NCBI GenBank assembly: GCA_964513465.1
Contig: CAZEMR010000002.1
Location: 57,479 to 121,478 of the forward strand
Direction of reading: 5' to 3'
Length of the DNA stretch: 64,000 nucleotides
From: an uncultured Hyphomicrobiales bacterium
Lineage (GTDB): Bacteria > Bacteroidota > Ignavibacteria > Kapaibacteriales > UBA2268
This document shows positions 49,862 to 58,693 of the stretch, piece after piece (position 1 is the stretch's first letter; each line of letters begins with the position of its first letter). Position numbers and translations under genes: made by a program. The notes under the pieces are model-generated. The model did no database searches. It saw nothing but the letters and a program-made list of their open reading frames with translations, and was not told the DNA's origin.

Positions 49862-51047
49862 ATCAACCCAATTGGATACGAATATTACCGAATATAAAAT
49901 CAAGGTGCTGCTGGTCGATGACCAGGCTATAGTCGGCGAGCAGGTGCGGCGGATGCTCCAGCCCGAGGAGGACATCGAATTCCATTTCTGTCAGGAACCC
50001 TCGAAGGCCGTTCAGACCGCCGCAGAGCTGAATCCCACGGTAATCCTGCAGGATCTGGTGATGCCGGATATCGATGGTCTGACGCTGGTCAAATTCTTCC
50101 GCGCGCACCCACAGCTCAAGGATGTGCCGATGATCGTGCTTTCGTCGAAGGAGGAGGCCGTCACCAAGGCGGACTCGTTTGCCACCGGCGCGAATGATTA
50201 TCTGGTCAAACTGCCCGACCGCATCGAGCTGGTTGCGCGAATTCGTTACCACTCAAAGGGTTATATACATTTACTCCAGCGCAACGAGGCCGAGGACAAA
50301 TTGCGCAAAAGCCAGAAGGCGCTGCTCTCGGAGCTTGCCAAGGCCGGCGAATATTGCGTTTCGCTGCTGCCCGAGGAGATCGACGAAGGCGACATCCGCA
50401 CCCACTGGCGATTTGTGCCATCCGAGCAGCTCGGCGGCGATTCATTCGGCTACCACTGGGTTGATGATGACCACTTCGCGATGTATCTGCTCGACGTATG
50501 CGGGCATGGCGTCGGGTCGGCATTGCTCTCGGTTTCGGGCCTGAACGCAATGCGGATGCAGTCGCTGCCGAACACGGACTTCCGCAGCCCGGAGAGCGTC
50601 TGCAACGGGCTGAATGCGGCATTCCAGATGGAGGCCCACAACGACATGTATTTCACGCTATGGTATGGCGTTTATAATAAAAATTCGCGAGAGATGAAGT
50701 TTGCCACCGCAGGCCATCCGCCGGCGCTGCTCTACGACGCGGCCGGAAATTGCAAACAGCTTATGAACGAGAATTTCATAATCGGCGGGTTGCCCGAATT
50801 TCCGTATAGCGAGAGCTCGACCGAGGTTGCGCCGGGCTCGAGGATGTATATATATTCCGACGGGGTTTACGAAATCACGCGGCCTGACGGCTCGATGTGG
50901 GACCTCGACGGTCTGGAGGATTACATGCGCGAGCCGCACGATGGCTTCGAATCGGAGATCGAGGCGCTTCACCGGCATGTGCAGTCGATGAGCGGCCTCG
51001 AGATTCTGGACGACGATTTCTCGATGCTTAAGATCATATTCGATTGA
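49848..51047 (+). CDS. response regulator fused to PP2C/SpoIIE-type serine phosphatase (RsbU/RssB-like output module)
   Basis: The internal start MQQNEST overlaps the cheB end by 14 nt. REC domain (VLLVDDQ...LQDLVMPDIDG...YLVKL). PPM domain (GGDSFGYHW...LLDVCGHGVGSALLS...TAGHPPALL...YIYSDGVYE). Confidence 0.8.
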   Translation: MQQNESTQLDTNITEYKIKVLLVDDQAIVGEQVRRMLQPEEDIEFHFCQEPSKAVQTAAELNPTVILQDLVMPDIDGLTLVKFFRAHPQLKDVPMIVLSSKEEAVTKADSFATGANDYLVKLPDRIELVARIRYHSKGYIHLLQRNEAEDKLRKSQKALLSELAKAGEYCVSLLPEEIDEGDIRTHWRFVPSEQLGGDSFGYHWVDDDHFAMYLLDVCGHGVGSALLSVSGLNAMRMQSLPNTDFRSPESVCNGLNAAFQMEAHNDMYFTLWYGVYNKNSREMKFATAGHPPALLYDAAGNCKQLMNENFIIGGLPEFPYSESSTEVAPGSRMYIYSDGVYEITRPDGSMWDLDGLEDYMREPHDGFESEIEALHRHVQSMSGLEILDDDFSMLKIIFD

Positions 51048-52516
51048 TTTTCAATTTCATAAAGATTAATTCAATGAAAATTAGATATTTTTCGCTGATT
51101 GCTCTGCTGCTGGTAATTTCCCTGAATTCCTGCGAGCAGACCACTATCGAGCGCCCTGGGCCGAAGAATATTATCATCATGATCGCCGACGGCGCGGGCT
51201 ATGACCATATTCAGATCGCAAATTTATATGAAGAGGGCAAAACCGAAGCCCAGCCTTATGAGCAATTCCCCGTGCGGTATTTCGTGAGCACCTATCCGGC
51301 GCTCGCGGGCGATTATTATGATGCGCTGGAAAATCATGCAAATTCCGGATATAGTCCATACGAGACCTGGCATGATTTCGACTGGCGGCGGCATGGATTC
51401 ACCGGCTCGGGCGCGGCATCGACGGCAATGGCCACAGGAATGAAGACCTATAACGGCGCGATTGGCGTCAATATCACCGGACAGCCGCTGCTGAATATCA
51501 CAGAGCGCGCCAAGGATATGGGCAAATCCGCAGGGGTGGTGAGCTCGGTGCAGTTTGCTCACGCAACCGCGGCCGCATTCAGCGTACACAACACGGACCG
51601 CGATAATTATCCCGAAATCGCCCGCGATATGCTGATCAAAAGCCGGCTGGACGTGATCATGGGCTGCGGCCATCCCTATTATGATAATGATGGTAAAATC
51701 CGTCAGAATGCGCTAAGTTTTAAATACGTCGGCGACAGCCTGTTATGGTCGGAAATCCACGCCGGAAAAGCCCGAGTACGGCGCGGCAGCGGTATTGAAG
51801 TCGATCTGGCCGACGTCAACGGCGACGGCCAGCCGGATGCATGGGAGCTGATCGATAATATCGAGGAATTCGAGAATCTCGCCCAGGGCGAGACCCCGCT
51901 GCGGGCGCTTGGAGTGGCGCCCAATATATATACATTGCAACAAGCGCGCGGCGATTCGATTGCCGGAATGATGAATGCCTACGATTATCCGTTTATCGAA
52001 AAAATGCCCTCGCTCGAAACGATGACCGCGGGCGCGCTGAACGTGCTGGATAATAATAATTCGGGATTTTTCCTGCTGATCGAGGGCGGAGCGATCGACT
52101 GGGCGTCGCACAGCAACCAGAAAGGACGCCTGATCGAAGAGATGAGCGAATTCAACAAAGCTGTCCGCCGGGTGATCGACTGGATAGAGACAAGCAGCGG
52201 ATGGGACGAAACATTGCTGATCGTAACCGCCGACCACGAAACGGGATACGTCGCCGGCCCGGACTCCGGGGGCGATCCGCCGCAGTGGTTCCCTCCGCTT
52301 AATAACGGCAGGGGGAATATGCCCGGATTCGATTTCCACAGCACAGATCACACGAATGCGCTTGTGCCGCTTTACGCAAAGGGCAAGGGCAGCGAGCTGT
52401 TCGCGGAATATGCCGACGAATACGATCCGGTGCGCGGCGAATTTATTACCAATAGCGAGATCGGCCAGCTTTTGTTCCGGCTGTTCGGACGCGGCAAGGC
52501 GTTGAGGGATAAGTGA
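51044..52516 (+). CDS. alkaline phosphatase (PhoA family) lipoprotein
   Basis: IIIMIADGAGYDHI (the second serine nucleophile region follows). DWASHSN and TADHETG metal-binding motifs. Lipobox LLVISLNSC. Confidence 0.85.
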   Translation: MIFNFIKINSMKIRYFSLIALLLVISLNSCEQTTIERPGPKNIIIMIADGAGYDHIQIANLYEEGKTEAQPYEQFPVRYFVSTYPALAGDYYDALENHANSGYSPYETWHDFDWRRHGFTGSGAASTAMATGMKTYNGAIGVNITGQPLLNITERAKDMGKSAGVVSSVQFAHATAAAFSVHNTDRDNYPEIARDMLIKSRLDVIMGCGHPYYDNDGKIRQNALSFKYVGDSLLWSEIHAGKARVRRGSGIEVDLADVNGDGQPDAWELIDNIEEFENLAQGETPLRALGVAPNIYTLQQARGDSIAGMMNAYDYPFIEKMPSLETMTAGALNVLDNNNSGFFLLIEGGAIDWASHSNQKGRLIEEMSEFNKAVRRVIDWIETSSGWDETLLIVTADHETGYVAGPDSGGDPPQWFPPLNNGRGNMPGFDFHSTDHTNALVPLYAKGKGSELFAEYADEYDPVRGEFITNSEIGQLLFRLFGRGKALRDK

Positions 52517-52846
52517 TTATGGTTGCCGCGAAGACGACATCCGCCGGGCGATTTTGTTCAGATCGGACTGGACGATTGCCGGTATAATGATGCTTGCAAG
52601 CAAGTAAATAATGAACCACATGGCTTCCTGGTTGTCTTTGCGGACGTAGCGGGAATAGCCCTCGCAATATTTCCATGCCCAATATATATTCGCGATCGGG
52701 ACGATTATCAGCCACGCTGTGGGGATGTCCGCGCCGAGGGCGTTGATTTCTTCCTTTGTTTTTACCGACCAGTAAATAGCGTAAATGCCGAGGGTTACGA
52801 ACATCAGCAGATAGACCGCAACCACATTTCTTTCCTTGATTTCCAT
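52517..52846 (-). CDS. small integral membrane protein (DUF4234-like)
   Basis: LGIYAIYWSVKTKEEIN motif. Three hydrophobic helices. Confidence 0.5.
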   Translation of the reverse strand: MEIKERNVVAVYLLMFVTLGIYAIYWSVKTKEEINALGADIPTAWLIIVPIANIYWAWKYCEGYSRYVRKDNQEAMWFIIYLLASIIIPAIVQSDLNKIARRMSSSRQP

Positions 52847-52948
52847 TGATATCCCGGATTATTAATAATTTTGATTTAATAAATAATACGGATTAATTTC
52901 GGCAAAGTTATAAAAATGGCGGCCATTTTACCAGCCGCCATGTATATA

Positions 52949-54235
52949 TCAGATCGATTTCAGCGAATCATAATGCGCGCTGATTGTGCGGTCGATATCC
53001 TCTTCCGTGTGGGCGGTGGATACGAACATCGCCTCGAACTGCGCAGCCGCAAGATATATTCCGCGGTCGAGCATTTCGTGGAAATATTTCCCGTAAGCGC
53101 GGGTATCCGAGCGGGCTGCGGCATCGTAGCTTTCGACCGGGCTCTCGCGGAAGAACATGCAGAGCATCGATCCGGCGCGGTTCATGGCATAACTGCGGCC
53201 AAGCTTGCTCAGATTTTCCTTCAGACCATTTTCCAGATAAATCGCTTTTTCGTTCAGGTCGCTATATATATCCGGATTATTTTTGATATGCTTCAATACG
53301 GCGGCTCCTGCGGCCATTGCTATCGGGTTGCCGCTTAGAGTGCCCGCCTGATATACCGGGCCTTCGGGCGAGATGCTGCGCATGATTTCCTGGCGTCCGC
53401 CGAATGCGCCGACTGGCATTCCGCCGCCGATGACTTTGCCGAAGGTGGTCAGATCGGGCATTATTCCGTAGATTTCCTGTGCGCCTCCGGGAGCAAGGCG
53501 GAATCCGGTCATTACCTCGTCGAATATAAGGACGATTTCCTCCAGATCGCAAAGCTCGCGCAATTGGCGGAGGAATTCCGGGTCGGATTTGACCACGCCC
53601 ATATTGCCGGCGACCGGCTCGATGATGATTGCGGCGATTTCGCCGCGATGTTCGTTGACCGTCCGGCGCACGGATTCGATGTCGTTATAATCCGCCACGA
53701 GGGTCTCCGCTGCGACGGATGCAGGCACTCCGGGGCTGGTAGGCACTCCGAGGGTCAGCGCGCCCGATCCGGCCTTGATCAGGAAGCTGTCGCCGTGGCC
53801 GTGGTAGCAGCCTTCGAATTTGATGATTTTGTCCCGGCCGGTAAAGCCGCGGGCCAGGCGGATGGCGCTCATGGTCGCCTCGGTGCCGCTATTGACCATT
53901 CGCACGAGATCGACCGATGGGACAAGCTCGCAGATGAGCCGCGCCATTTCGACTTCGGGTTCGCAGGGTGCGCCGAAGCTGGTGCCGCGATTGAGGGCGT
54001 CGGCGATTGCTTCCATTATGAACGGCGGATTGTGGCCGAACAGGTGCGGCCCCCAGCTGCCGACATAGTCGATATATTCATTGCCATCGACGTCGCGGAT
54101 GTGAGCGCCCGCGCCGCTTTCGATAAAAATCGGGTCGCCGCCGACTGATTTGAACGCGCGCACGGGGGAATTCACCCCGCCGGGAATATATTCTTTAGCT
54201 TTGCGGAATAGTTCTTTGCTTTTTTCGATTTTCAT
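52949..54235 (-). CDS. hemL: glutamate-1-semialdehyde 2,1-aminomutase
   Basis: The likely start is the internal MKIEKSKELFRKAKEYIPGGVNSPVRAF. PLP-lysine region FDEVMTGFR...KVIGGGMPVGAFGG. The longer N-terminal extension in the ORF track has no support. Confidence 0.9.
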   Translation of the reverse strand: MKIEKSKELFRKAKEYIPGGVNSPVRAFKSVGGDPIFIESGAGAHIRDVDGNEYIDYVGSWGPHLFGHNPPFIMEAIADALNRGTSFGAPCEPEVEMARLICELVPSVDLVRMVNSGTEATMSAIRLARGFTGRDKIIKFEGCYHGHGDSFLIKAGSGALTLGVPTSPGVPASVAAETLVADYNDIESVRRTVNEHRGEIAAIIIEPVAGNMGVVKSDPEFLRQLRELCDLEEIVLIFDEVMTGFRLAPGGAQEIYGIMPDLTTFGKVIGGGMPVGAFGGRQEIMRSISPEGPVYQAGTLSGNPIAMAAGAAVLKHIKNNPDIYSDLNEKAIYLENGLKENLSKLGRSYAMNRAGSMLCMFFRESPVESYDAAARSDTRAYGKYFHEMLDRGIYLAAAQFEAMFVSTAHTEEDIDRTISAHYDSLKSI

Positions 54236-54252
54236 AAATTCCTCCTGATTAT

Positions 54253-56580
54253 TTAACTCCTTTGGTCCAGTTCGATAATTTTTTCGACGATCAGCGCCGC
54301 GCAGAAGGCCGCCGCTTTTTTGCGCATAATCGGGAATCCCATGTATGACGCAATCGGCAGAGTCCACTCGAGCATTGCCAGCAGGTATGGCCGCATGTCG
54401 CGCTCGAAAATAGTCGTGCGGTCGGCATAATTGCGCAATTTCGAGATTATAACATAGGCTTTTTCATAGGCCGGGTCGTCGCTTGCGCAGGTGAATCGCG
54501 GAAGTTCGCTGATCAGATTCTGCATCAAAAGCCCCTGTTCGAATTCTATCACATGGGCGATTTCCTCGTCGGAATCAATGGGCAGCATTTCGAATTTGAT
54601 AATCGGTTCGAGCCGCGCAAAGTCCGATACGATATTGCTTTCGCGGGTTTCCGAAAAGTCGATTACATATATATTTTCGTCCTCGTCGAGCAGAATATTC
54701 TTCATATTCAGGTCGCCATGGATGACGGATTTATACCCTGTGATTTCCTGGTTTTTTCTTTTGGGGAATTCATTTTTTAAAAAATGGAATGGGTTACGCA
54801 CGCTGCGCCCAAGGCAGGGGCAGTGGATCATTTCGTCGCTGCTGTCGATTCCGAGTTCGCTTTTGGCGTCTTCGCATATCGTACTGAAGAGCCTGCCCGG
54901 GTAGTGCTCGTCGTAGAGCCGGACGGGGGTCATGCGGGGCTGGCCGTACCAGGGCTTGAGCACATGGGTGAATACCCGGTCGAAAATTTCGGCGACTTCT
55001 TCGGCGGGGCGCTCCTGAAAATGCTTCTCGAGCCATTCGATACGGCTGTCGGCGCCGCCGATTCCGACGAAATTATACCTTAGCCCGGCGTAATCTCGAT
55101 AGCTTGTGCGGCCCATGACCGAGGTGCTGTTGTTTAAGATAAATTTTTTGACAAAATTGGAATATGCGTTCTCTTCGCGCCGGATAGCTTCCTTCGAAGC
55201 GATCTTCAGCACGGTGGGGAGCTGGCGGCGGCCGTCGCGGTCGAAGCTGTTTACGAGGAATGTGCGCGCGGAGAATCCTCCGGTAAGCGGCTTGAGCACA
55301 ACTTTGCCGGAATCGCCGTAAATTCTGCGGATAATTATATTGAATTCCTCCGGGAAATCCGATTCGCCCTCGAATTCGATTTTAATGCGCTTGTGGGTGC
55401 CGGGGCGGACGTCTTCTGGAACGAAGAGCCAAGCGGCAAAGCGGCCGATATCCGAATCGGGCGAGATATTGCCGACGCCTCCGAGCCGCTCGAGATCGGC
55501 AATGTCGCGGATTATTTCGTTGTGGGTTTTGTCAAGATTTTCGGTATCGAATTTATTCAAAAAAAGTGCGTTCATACGGACATAAATGCCATCTCCTGCT
55601 GCATATTCGTCGAGGGCAGGAAAGAGGGGCTCTTTGACGGATTCGCGGCGCTCGGCGATTCCGACGACGAATGCCGCGGCCGGGGTGACCGGCTGGGTGA
55701 TACGATGGCCGGCCGAGAAGTCATCGGAATCCTCAAAATGCGATGCGAATAATTTTTTTGATTCGCAATATGCGCAAAAGGCGATTCGTTCGGGCTTTTT
55801 ATCTGATGATTTTTCCGCTGCCGAAAAAAAGTCTTTAACGGCTTCATGAATCGGCAGGATTTTCTGTTCGGCGAATTTGATTTCTGCGCAGGGTTTCCCG
55901 TTGATGCCGAGCATCGAGACTGCGTCGATCTCCAGCTTCGATGAGTCCTCGGCGATGAAATAGTCGGCCACGCTGTTGCCATCGGCTGCGATAGCTCCGG
56001 CGATATGGTGGGCGGCAATAAATTCGCCGGGAGCGGCTTCGGTGCCGTCCGATCCGCTGAATCCGGCAATGCCGACTCCGAGAGGGATTTCGTCGAGAAA
56101 TAATTTTTCGATGGATTTTTCCGTTTCCGGAGAATTTTCGCTGCGGCCCCATAGCTCGAGTATACACTGCGATTCGGGGAATTCCATATAGGTATATTCC
56201 CGGCCGCCTGAGCTGAATTCGCTGCGGGTATCGATGGCGAGCTTTTCCGACAGCACGTGCTTCAGCGCTTCGTCGGGGGTGTCGTACATCGTTACCGAGC
56301 GGTCGAGTCCGGACATCGAGATTGCGCTCATTGCGTCGCCCGAGAGCGCGCAGAGGATAGAGCGTCCTCCGCGGCTGCGCATGTTTTTTTCGATTTTCAG
56401 CAGGGAGCGGATTCCTACGCTGGAAATATAATTAACCCGGCCCATATTGATAATGGCATAGCATCTGCTTTCGGGGATATCGGCGGCGCGGGAGTCGAGA
56501 TCGCGGGCGCCGACAGCATCCAGCCGTCCTTCGAGAACGAGAACCGGCACGGAATTTTTTTCTGTAATCTGGATTTCCAT
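54253..56580 (-). CDS. novel fusion: N-terminal STAS (anti-sigma-factor antagonist, SpoIIAA-like) domain + ~320-aa domain of unknown function + C-terminal APH/protein-kinase-like fold domain
   Basis: The STAS domain is VLVLEGRLDAVGARDL...AIINMGRVNYISSVGIRSLL...GGRSILCALSGDAMSAISMSGL, with the conserved Ser within ISSVG. The kinase-like region has an N-lobe (GKVVLKPLTGGFSARTFLV...LPTVLKI) and a catalytic loop (VIHGDLNMKNILLDEDENIYVIDFSETR) of the APH/ChoK/ePK-like type. The gene lies between hemB and hemL in one operon. Confidence 0.6.
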   Translation of the reverse strand: MEIQITEKNSVPVLVLEGRLDAVGARDLDSRAADIPESRCYAIINMGRVNYISSVGIRSLLKIEKNMRSRGGRSILCALSGDAMSAISMSGLDRSVTMYDTPDEALKHVLSEKLAIDTRSEFSSGGREYTYMEFPESQCILELWGRSENSPETEKSIEKLFLDEIPLGVGIAGFSGSDGTEAAPGEFIAAHHIAGAIAADGNSVADYFIAEDSSKLEIDAVSMLGINGKPCAEIKFAEQKILPIHEAVKDFFSAAEKSSDKKPERIAFCAYCESKKLFASHFEDSDDFSAGHRITQPVTPAAAFVVGIAERRESVKEPLFPALDEYAAGDGIYVRMNALFLNKFDTENLDKTHNEIIRDIADLERLGGVGNISPDSDIGRFAAWLFVPEDVRPGTHKRIKIEFEGESDFPEEFNIIIRRIYGDSGKVVLKPLTGGFSARTFLVNSFDRDGRRQLPTVLKIASKEAIRREENAYSNFVKKFILNNSTSVMGRTSYRDYAGLRYNFVGIGGADSRIEWLEKHFQERPAEEVAEIFDRVFTHVLKPWYGQPRMTPVRLYDEHYPGRLFSTICEDAKSELGIDSSDEMIHCPCLGRSVRNPFHFLKNEFPKRKNQEITGYKSVIHGDLNMKNILLDEDENIYVIDFSETRESNIVSDFARLEPIIKFEMLPIDSDEEIAHVIEFEQGLLMQNLISELPRFTCASDDPAYEKAYVIISKLRNYADRTTIFERDMRPYLLAMLEWTLPIASYMGFPIMRKKAAAFCAALIVEKIIELDQRS

Positions 56581-56593
56581 AAATCACTCCGGA

Positions 56594-57583
56594 TTAATAT
56601 TCGTAATCGGAATCAATTAATTTTGCGAGGTCTTTGGCAAAATATGTCAGTATCATATCCGCGCCTGCGCGCTTGATCGAAATGGCAGATTCGTGCATAA
56701 CGCGCGCTTCGTCGATCCATCCGTTGGCGGCGGCGGCTTTTATCATCGAATATTCGCCGCTGACCTGGTATGCTGCTGTGGGCATGCAGAATTCTTCTTT
56801 TACGCGGCAGACGACGTCGAGATATGGCATTGCGGGCTTGACCATTACGATGTCGGCGCCTTCGAATATGTCTTCGTCGACTTCGCGCAGAGCCTCGCTG
56901 GCGTTGGCGATGTCCATCTGGTGTGATTTGCGGTCGCCGAATTGCGGAGCGGATTCGGCAGCGTCGCGGAATGGTCCGTAGAATCCGGAGGCATATTTGG
57001 CAGCATAGCTCATAATCGGCAGGTTTGGATATTCGTTTTCGTCGAGTGTCCGGCGGATTGCGGCGACCCGGCCATCCATCATGTCCGAGGGGGCGACCAT
57101 ATCGGCGCCTGCGCGTGCGTGGCTCAGCGCCATCTGGGCCAGCAGATTGATTGTGACGTCGTTTAGTATCTGGTTGCCGTGGATTATTCCGCAGTGGCCG
57201 TGGCTGGTGTATTCGCAGAGGCATACATCGGTGATGACCACGAGGTCGGGGATTTCCTCTTTGAGCGCTTTGACCGCGCGCTGGACGATGCCGTTTTCGG
57301 CGTAGCCCTCGCTACCGGCTTCGTCTTTTTCCGAAGGAATTCCGAATAGCATTATAGCAGGGATGCCCAATTGGTGGACTTCCACGCACTCGGAGATGAG
57401 ATTATCGATGGATAGCTGAAATACGCCGGGCATGGATTTGACTTCGTTTTTTACGCGTTTGCCCGGGCATACGAACATTGGGTAGATCAGATCGGATTTG
57501 GCGAGCGTGGTTTCGCGCACCATCCGGCGAATAACGGGATTCCGGCGGAGCCTGCGGAACCGCTTGAATTCAAATTCCAGCAT
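56594..57583 (-). CDS. hemB: porphobilinogen synthase (delta-aminolevulinate dehydratase)
   Basis: Active-site region [15 protein letters not shown], a Zn-type Cys triad and the Schiff-base Lys region. Confidence 0.9.
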   Translation of the reverse strand: MLEFEFKRFRRLRRNPVIRRMVRETTLAKSDLIYPMFVCPGKRVKNEVKSMPGVFQLSIDNLISECVEVHQLGIPAIMLFGIPSEKDEAGSEGYAENGIVQRAVKALKEEIPDLVVITDVCLCEYTSHGHCGIIHGNQILNDVTINLLAQMALSHARAGADMVAPSDMMDGRVAAIRRTLDENEYPNLPIMSYAAKYASGFYGPFRDAAESAPQFGDRKSHQMDIANASEALREVDEDIFEGADIVMVKPAMPYLDVVCRVKEEFCMPTAAYQVSGEYSMIKAAAANGWIDEARVMHESAISIKRAGADMILTYFAKDLAKLIDSDYEY

Positions 57584-57620
57584 GATTGCCTCTTATAAAA
57601 ATATATAAATAATATGGTGA

Positions 57621-58547
57621 TTATAAATTGCCAAGAATTTTGTCTGCGCCGCGATCGAGCAGAGTCCGCGCAAGGCGTCTGCCTAAGGATTCCGGATCGT
57701 CCGCCGGGCCGTCGATAGCGTCGCGGTATTGTTCGCTGCCATCTACGGAGGCGACCATGCCCTCTATGCGGATACTCTCGCCGTCGAGGTCGGCAGTGGC
57801 TGCTATCGGATACTGGCAGCCTCCGCCCAATGCGGCGAGGAATGTCCGTTCGGCGGTGGTGCATATCCGGGTCGGCCGGTGATCGATTTTTTCGAGCAAT
57901 CGTCGGAGAGCTTCGTTATCGGAATTGATCTCGACTCCGAGCGCGCCCTGTCCGACGGCGGGGATCATTACGTGCCGAGGAATTACGGACGAAATATGCT
58001 GCTCCAGCCCCAGGCGCTCCACACCGGCGCGGGCGAGAATTACGGCGTCCCATTTTGATTCCTGAAATTTTCGGATGCGGGTGGGAACGTTCCCGCGAAG
58101 GTCCTCGGTCGTCAGGTCCGGCCTCAGTGCGAGCAATTGCGCGCGGCGGCGGGTCGACCCGGTGCCGACGGTGCCTCCGGACGGAATATCGTCGATAGTC
58201 GTGCCCCTGGTGCGGGCAATCAGTACGTCCTCGCGGGCGTGGCGTTCGGTGACTGCGGCTATCGCAAGGCCTTCGGGGACGGCGGTCTCGAGGTCTTTCA
58301 GGCTGTGGACTGCGACGTTGATTTCGCCGGAAAGCAGCGCGTTTTCGAGCTCTTTGGTGAATAGTCCCTTGCCGCCGATTTTCGCGAGCGGCGTGTTGAT
58401 GAATTTGTCGCCTTTGGTTTTAATATGTTTTAATTCGATATATATATCCGGAGCGATAGCTGCAATCCTTGATTTGATAAAATTGGACTGCCACAACGCG
58501 AGATCGCTCGATCGGGTGCCGATGATTATTTTTCGAGGGAAATTCAT
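57621..58547 (-). CDS. hemC: hydroxymethylbilane synthase (porphobilinogen deaminase)
   Basis: IIIGTRSSDLALWQS and AVHSLKDL motifs, plus the C-terminal cofactor-binding Cys region (ALGGGCQYPIA). Confidence 0.9.
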   Translation of the reverse strand: MNFPRKIIIGTRSSDLALWQSNFIKSRIAAIAPDIYIELKHIKTKGDKFINTPLAKIGGKGLFTKELENALLSGEINVAVHSLKDLETAVPEGLAIAAVTERHAREDVLIARTRGTTIDDIPSGGTVGTGSTRRRAQLLALRPDLTTEDLRGNVPTRIRKFQESKWDAVILARAGVERLGLEQHISSVIPRHVMIPAVGQGALGVEINSDNEALRRLLEKIDHRPTRICTTAERTFLAALGGGCQYPIAATADLDGESIRIEGMVASVDGSEQYRDAIDGPADDPESLGRRLARTLLDRGADKILGNL

Positions 58548-58632
58548 ATAGTAATTTGCAAAAAATTTTACAATTCTGAAAACAGTTCATTAAGGTATAT
58601 CAAATTTAAAATAATATAAATAATTAATTGAA

Positions 58633-58667
58633 ATAAAAAAGCCGGACGCCACATTTCGGACGTCCGG
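58633..58667 (-). terminator. rho-independent terminator after the 920-aa T9SS cargo gene (minus strand)
   Basis: 8-bp perfect stem gccggacg/cgtccggc. On the minus strand it is followed by TTTTTTATTT. Confidence 0.6.
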
Positions 58668-58693
58668 CCAATTAGCCGATTATCGGCAATTAA

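Noticed and set aside
54236-54367. The 44-aa N-terminal extension on hemL in the ORF track.
   Set aside because: The conserved HemL N-terminus begins at MKIEKSKELF...GGVNSPVRAF. The extension would overlap the upstream gene's 3' end and has no homologue logic.
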